A DNA stretch of 64,000 nucleotides from Trueperaceae bacterium (GTDB lineage Bacteria > Deinococcota > Deinococci > Deinococcales > Trueperaceae). The stretch covers positions 2,368,001 through 2,432,000 of the forward strand of contig CBDCDZ010000004.1 of NCBI GenBank assembly GCA_965215565.1, in the 5' to 3' direction. Of the stretch, positions 59,900 to 64,000 are shown piece by piece (the first letter of the stretch is position 1; every line of letters begins with the position of its first letter). Position numbers and translations under genes: made by a program. The notes beneath the pieces are model-generated. The model was not told where the DNA came from, did not search any database, and saw only the letters and a program-made list of their open reading frames with translations.

Positions 59900-60068
59900 A
59901 AAGTATGATACTTCACCCCAGTGAGAGAGGTGGGCGTTGTGCTCACGTTTTGGGACACAGAAGCAGGGCTGAGGTGAAAGGACTGAGGTTTTCACTTTTC
60001 TCTCAGTCCTTTCCTCTTTAACCTTTTGGAAAACACCGCCTCACTCCCTCGCCCTTTACACTAGCTCC

Positions 60069-61052
60069 ATGACTCAAGCTTCAAGCCCCTTAGGGGTCAA
60101 AATGTTCGACGCGCATATCGGCAACACGCCGATTGTCAAACTCGCCAAAGTGACAGGACCTGACATGGCAGAGGTGTGGATCAAGTTGGAGGGACAAAAC
60201 CCCGCTGGCTCCATTAAAGACCGCACTGCGTTAGGCATGATTCAAGACGCTGAGGAAAGAGGTATCCTGACGCCAGGCAGCGGTCAGACTATCATCGAGC
60301 CAACCAGCGGCAATACAGGTATCGGCTTAGCCTTTTTATCCGCCGTGCGCGGCTACCGCTGCATCATTGTCCTGCCCGATTCGATGAGCATGGAGCGGCA
60401 GAAGACTTTAGAGGCGTACGGCGCGGAGTTGGAATTCACCCCCGGCGAGGAGCGGATGCAAGGGGCGATTCCCCGCGCTCAAGAACTCGCCGAGGAGCTG
60501 GGCGCGTGGATGCCCTCGCAGTTCGACAACCCCGCCAACCCGCGCTACCATCACCGCGTGACCGGACCGGAGATGTGGCGGCAGATGCAGGGGCGCATCG
60601 ACGCCTTCGTGTGGGCGTCGGGGACGGGCGGCTCGATCAGCGGCGTCGGGCGTTACCTTAAAGAGCAAAACCCGAACATCAAGGTGTACGCCGTCGAACC
60701 TGCCCGGAGCGCGGTTATCAACGGTCATAAGAAGGGCTCGCACAAGTTTCAGGGGATGGGACCGGGCTTCATCCCCGGCAACCTAGACGTTGACCTCTTG
60801 GACGAGGCCCTCATGGTCTACGAAGAGGACGCCTTTCCGCTGGCGCGGCGGCTCGCCCGTGAAGAGGGTATCTTCATCGGTATGTCGTCGGGCGCAACGG
60901 TCTGGGCGGCACTGCAAGTGGCGCGAGAACTAGGACCGGGCAAAGTCGTCACCTGCATCGCGGCAGATACGGCGGCGCGGTACGTGAGCACCGAACTCTT
61001 TAGAGACGAGGACAAGGCGGAGGACGTGAGTCGTCCGGCGGGGCTAGCGTAA
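60069..61052 (+). CDS. cysK: Cysteine synthase
   Basis: NPAGSIKDR, PTSGNTG, QFDNPAN, GTGG, QGMG.GFIP. Confidence 0.93.
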   Translation: MTQASSPLGVKMFDAHIGNTPIVKLAKVTGPDMAEVWIKLEGQNPAGSIKDRTALGMIQDAEERGILTPGSGQTIIEPTSGNTGIGLAFLSAVRGYRCIIVLPDSMSMERQKTLEAYGAELEFTPGEERMQGAIPRAQELAEELGAWMPSQFDNPANPRYHHRVTGPEMWRQMQGRIDAFVWASGTGGSISGVGRYLKEQNPNIKVYAVEPARSAVINGHKKGSHKFQGMGPGFIPGNLDVDLLDEALMVYEEDAFPLARRLAREEGIFIGMSSGATVWAALQVARELGPGKVVTCIAADTAARYVSTELFRDEDKAEDVSRPAGLA

Positions 61053-61500
61053 AGTACATGGACTGCAAGACTACGCCGTTCTAAAAGAAGCAATCCAGTC
61101 AAGCTGGTTCGCGCTAGCACTTGCGAAGCAAACGAACGGTGAGTTAAAAGCACAGGTCAGAGCGAAGCTCAAATAGGTTAGAGCAAAGCTCAGTAGGCTC
61201 TTACAGGTGAGCACAAAGTGCAACGGCTTTCAGCCTTAACCTGTGCACTATGTGCTTCACCTAATGAGCAATGCGTGAAAATCTTTAGACTCATTGCTCA
61301 TTGCCCACTACTCCGCGCAGCCGAATCAAAACTTATAGCCATCCTCTCCTCACATCCCCTCAAATATTAGCCCCCGTCCCTTTTCAACAAGTCACTCGAG
61401 CGAGTAGAGTACGGGTGAATAGACCTATAGAGGAAGCAGACGCATGGCGGGACCTGCTCCTATGCGCTTTTACAGGTCTTTGACAGAAGGGACTAAACCT

Positions 61501-62940
61501 GTGACGATGACGGTAAATGAACGTTACGAGCGCGTCAAAGAGACCCTAGAAACCCACGACCAAACGCACCTCTTGACCTTTTATGGCGAGTTGAATCAAG
61601 AGGAGCAGGCGTCGCTCTTGGCGCAGATCGAAGCGCACGACTGGGACGAAATCGCCGAGTTAACTCAGAGTCACGTCTTAAACGAGCCCGACGACGGCAT
61701 TCCCGACGTGGACGACATCGAGCCGCCCCCCTACTATCCTTTAGCGCCGAATGGCGAGCTAAAAAGCAAGTACGAAGAGGCGTATAAAAAGGGTGAAGAC
61801 CTCTTACGAGAGGGTAAAGTCGCGGCGTTTACCGTCGCAGGCGGACAGGGTACACGCCTCGGCTGGGACGGACCCAAAGGCACCTTTCCCGCGACACCCA
61901 TAAATGGCAAGCCGCTCTTTCAGGTGTTTGCAGAATACATTCAAAAGGTGCAAAAGGATTACGACACCACGGTGCCTTGGTACGTGATGACAAGCCCTAT
62001 CAACGACGAAGCGACTCGAAAGTTTTTTAGCGAGCACGACTTTTTCGGGCTGGATAAGGCGAACGTCACCTTTTTTTCGCAAGGGACGATGACGAGCATC
62101 GGGCGGGGCGGCAAGGTGCTCTTGGCGGAGAAGGGCAAGTTAGCGGAGAACCCCGACGGACACGGTGGCAGCCTTAAAGCGCTCTACAAGAGCGGCGCGG
62201 TGGAGGATATGGAGGGACGCGGCGTCACACAGATCAGCTACTTTCAGGTGGACAACCCGAACGTCAAATGCTTAGACCCGCTCTTTATCGGTCTCCACAC
62301 GCTAGACGGCGCGGGCATGTCCTCGAAGATGCTCGAGAAAGTCGGACCCAAGGAGAAAGTCGGTAACTTCGTACAGGTAGACGGGCGCATTCAGATTATC
62401 GAATACTCGGACATCCCTGACGAATTGGCTGAAGCTCGAGATGAGGACGGCTCGCTCCAATTCAACGCGGGCTCGATTGCCATTCACGTGATTTCGGTAG
62501 ATTTCGTGAAGCAACTCAATGAGGGCGAAGGGGGCTTCGCACTGCCCTTTCACCGAGCGAACAAGGCGGTGCCGCACCTCGATTTGGAGACGGGCGAGCG
62601 CGTCGAGCCTGATGAACCCAACGCGGTCAAGCTCGAAATGTTCGTCTTCGACGCGCTACCTCTTGCCGAGACGAGCATCATCCTAGAAACCGACCGCGTA
62701 GAGGAGTTCGCGCCCATCAAAAACGCCGAAGGCGACGACTCACCCCGTACGAGCCGCCAGTTGCAGAGCCAGCGGGCGGGGCGGTGGTTGCGTCAGCAGG
62801 GAGTTGAAATCCCGCTCAACGAAGAGGACGACGTGGACGCGACGATTGAACTGAGCCCCCTTACAGCAATTAGACCGAGTGACCTGGAGAACGCCGACTT
62901 ACCCCAAGAGGTTAAGCAGGGGGAAGAGGTAGCGCTGTAG
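61501..62940 (+). CDS. UDP-N-acetylglucosamine pyrophosphorylase-like protein (UAP1/UDPGP type 1)
   Basis: AGGQGTRLG..GPKG, PDGHGG, VDN, EYS, KLE.FVFD, EFAPIKN. Confidence 0.88.
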   Translation: MTMTVNERYERVKETLETHDQTHLLTFYGELNQEEQASLLAQIEAHDWDEIAELTQSHVLNEPDDGIPDVDDIEPPPYYPLAPNGELKSKYEEAYKKGEDLLREGKVAAFTVAGGQGTRLGWDGPKGTFPATPINGKPLFQVFAEYIQKVQKDYDTTVPWYVMTSPINDEATRKFFSEHDFFGLDKANVTFFSQGTMTSIGRGGKVLLAEKGKLAENPDGHGGSLKALYKSGAVEDMEGRGVTQISYFQVDNPNVKCLDPLFIGLHTLDGAGMSSKMLEKVGPKEKVGNFVQVDGRIQIIEYSDIPDELAEARDEDGSLQFNAGSIAIHVISVDFVKQLNEGEGGFALPFHRANKAVPHLDLETGERVEPDEPNAVKLEMFVFDALPLAETSIILETDRVEEFAPIKNAEGDDSPRTSRQLQSQRAGRWLRQQGVEIPLNEEDDVDATIELSPLTAIRPSDLENADLPQEVKQGEEVAL

Positions 62941-62962
62941 GGCTCGAGACCCTTCAAAGCAC

Positions 62963-62998
62963 AAGAAGAGGTCGAGCCGGGCGGCTCGACCTCTTCTT
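62963..62998. terminator. Bidirectional terminator
   Basis: AAGAAGAGGTCGAGCCG/CGGCTCGACCTCTTCTT. Confidence 0.8.
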
Positions 62999-63028
62999 TG
63001 TTACATATTTTAGCTAAACTGCTGACGT

Positions 63029-63979
63029 CTACTCAATAACGGCAACGTTGAATTTGGCGGTTCTCGAGCGGGTGTGGTAACGCCCCTCCGTGTCCGCGTA
63101 CTGCTTGCCGTCAGTCAGTATCACCGAGACTGAAGCAATATCTACAAAGGTGGCCGTTCCAAAGAAGCTAAGCTCTTCCGACGACGCGGCTAAAGACAGC
63201 GTGTTCGCTCCACCATCCGTTGAGAGCGTCTCCCCTCCATTAAGCTGCTCCATAAGCTTGCCCGTCTCATAATCTCTGAAAAAATTTGAGGAGCCGATAT
63301 GGTCTCCTGCTTCGTCGTAAACCCGTAGCCAACCGTCGTAAACGGTCTCGTCCTCAACCGAGAAGTTCACCTCTAAAGTTGACGCTTGCGCGTCGAGCGT
63401 TGCGTTCGTGACAGTAGCTCGCTTTGGCAACGCGACATAGTTGCTCGGCGGATTCCCTGCGCCACTGTAGTCCTCTGTGTACGCGAACTCATAGCCCTCT
63501 GTTGTCCTTGACCCCGGCGCAGGTACGAAGAGCGTCTTTTTCGCCTTGTTGCCGTTTTTCAGGGTGACTTCGACGGTGTAGTTGCCGAGTTCGACAGATG
63601 CGCCGCTATCTAAACTTGTAGAGTACATATTGCCCATGGGGTACCAGTTCTCTTCGCTATCGTACCATTCCACGAACTCGCTAGCTTCGTCCGCCCAAGT
63701 TCGACCTGTCGGGCTAGTTATCCGAACGGACGCGAAGTCCGTAGCTTCTAAGCCTGTATCAGCAAAGTTGATCGAAGCCCACAAGAACGCGCTCACACCG
63801 TTGGCGTCTTGACTAGGATCGTCATTTTTGATAACCCAGCCTAGGTCTTCAATCTCCACCTGCTTCTGCAAAGCAGGCGTTTCTGGTGTTGTGTCGGGCG
63901 TAGTGTCCGCTGTGCCGCCACACGCCGCGAGCAACAGGGCGAGCGCAGTAATGAAAATGAGTTTTGTACGAATGACCAT
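63029..63979 (-). CDS. Hypothetical lipoprotein
   Basis: GGAGG RBS; lipobox LAAC; Thr/Pro linker. Confidence 0.7.
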   Translation of the reverse strand: MVIRTKLIFITALALLLAACGGTADTTPDTTPETPALQKQVEIEDLGWVIKNDDPSQDANGVSAFLWASINFADTGLEATDFASVRITSPTGRTWADEASEFVEWYDSEENWYPMGNMYSTSLDSGASVELGNYTVEVTLKNGNKAKKTLFVPAPGSRTTEGYEFAYTEDYSGAGNPPSNYVALPKRATVTNATLDAQASTLEVNFSVEDETVYDGWLRVYDEAGDHIGSSNFFRDYETGKLMEQLNGGETLSTDGGANTLSLAASSEELSFFGTATFVDIASVSVILTDGKQYADTEGRYHTRSRTAKFNVAVIE

Positions 63980-64000
63980 AGATGAACTACCCTCCAAAAG

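Overview
Bacterial chromosomal segment, GC roughly 55-60% by eye. Gene content and protein sequences suggest Deinococcota, possibly Truepera-like (inference). It holds about 60 CDS: hslVU, pta, zwf, cobB, hydantoinase/oxoprolinase A/B, a complete mrpA-G antiporter operon, an arsR-arsC-aquaporin operon, a toxin-antitoxin cluster, a Crp/Fnr regulator, a RIO kinase, a stress cluster with topoisomerase IB, pccB, msrB, cysK, a UAP1-type pyrophosphorylase and several lipoproteins. I saw no tRNA, rRNA, CRISPR array or intact transposase. The most striking non-genic signal is a dispersed 84-209 bp repeat family, with 11 copies in 64 kb. It has TAGCA ends resembling IS630/MITE ends and an internal stem that shows compensatory changes and G.U-type pairs biased to one strand. 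It comes in long and short forms, carries nested 21-27 nt hairpin insertions, and sits at gene boundaries. One copy directly follows an IS630-like transposase stub. Also present are strong CTCGAG over-representation, heptamer-based palindromic repeats and CRP-like boxes.
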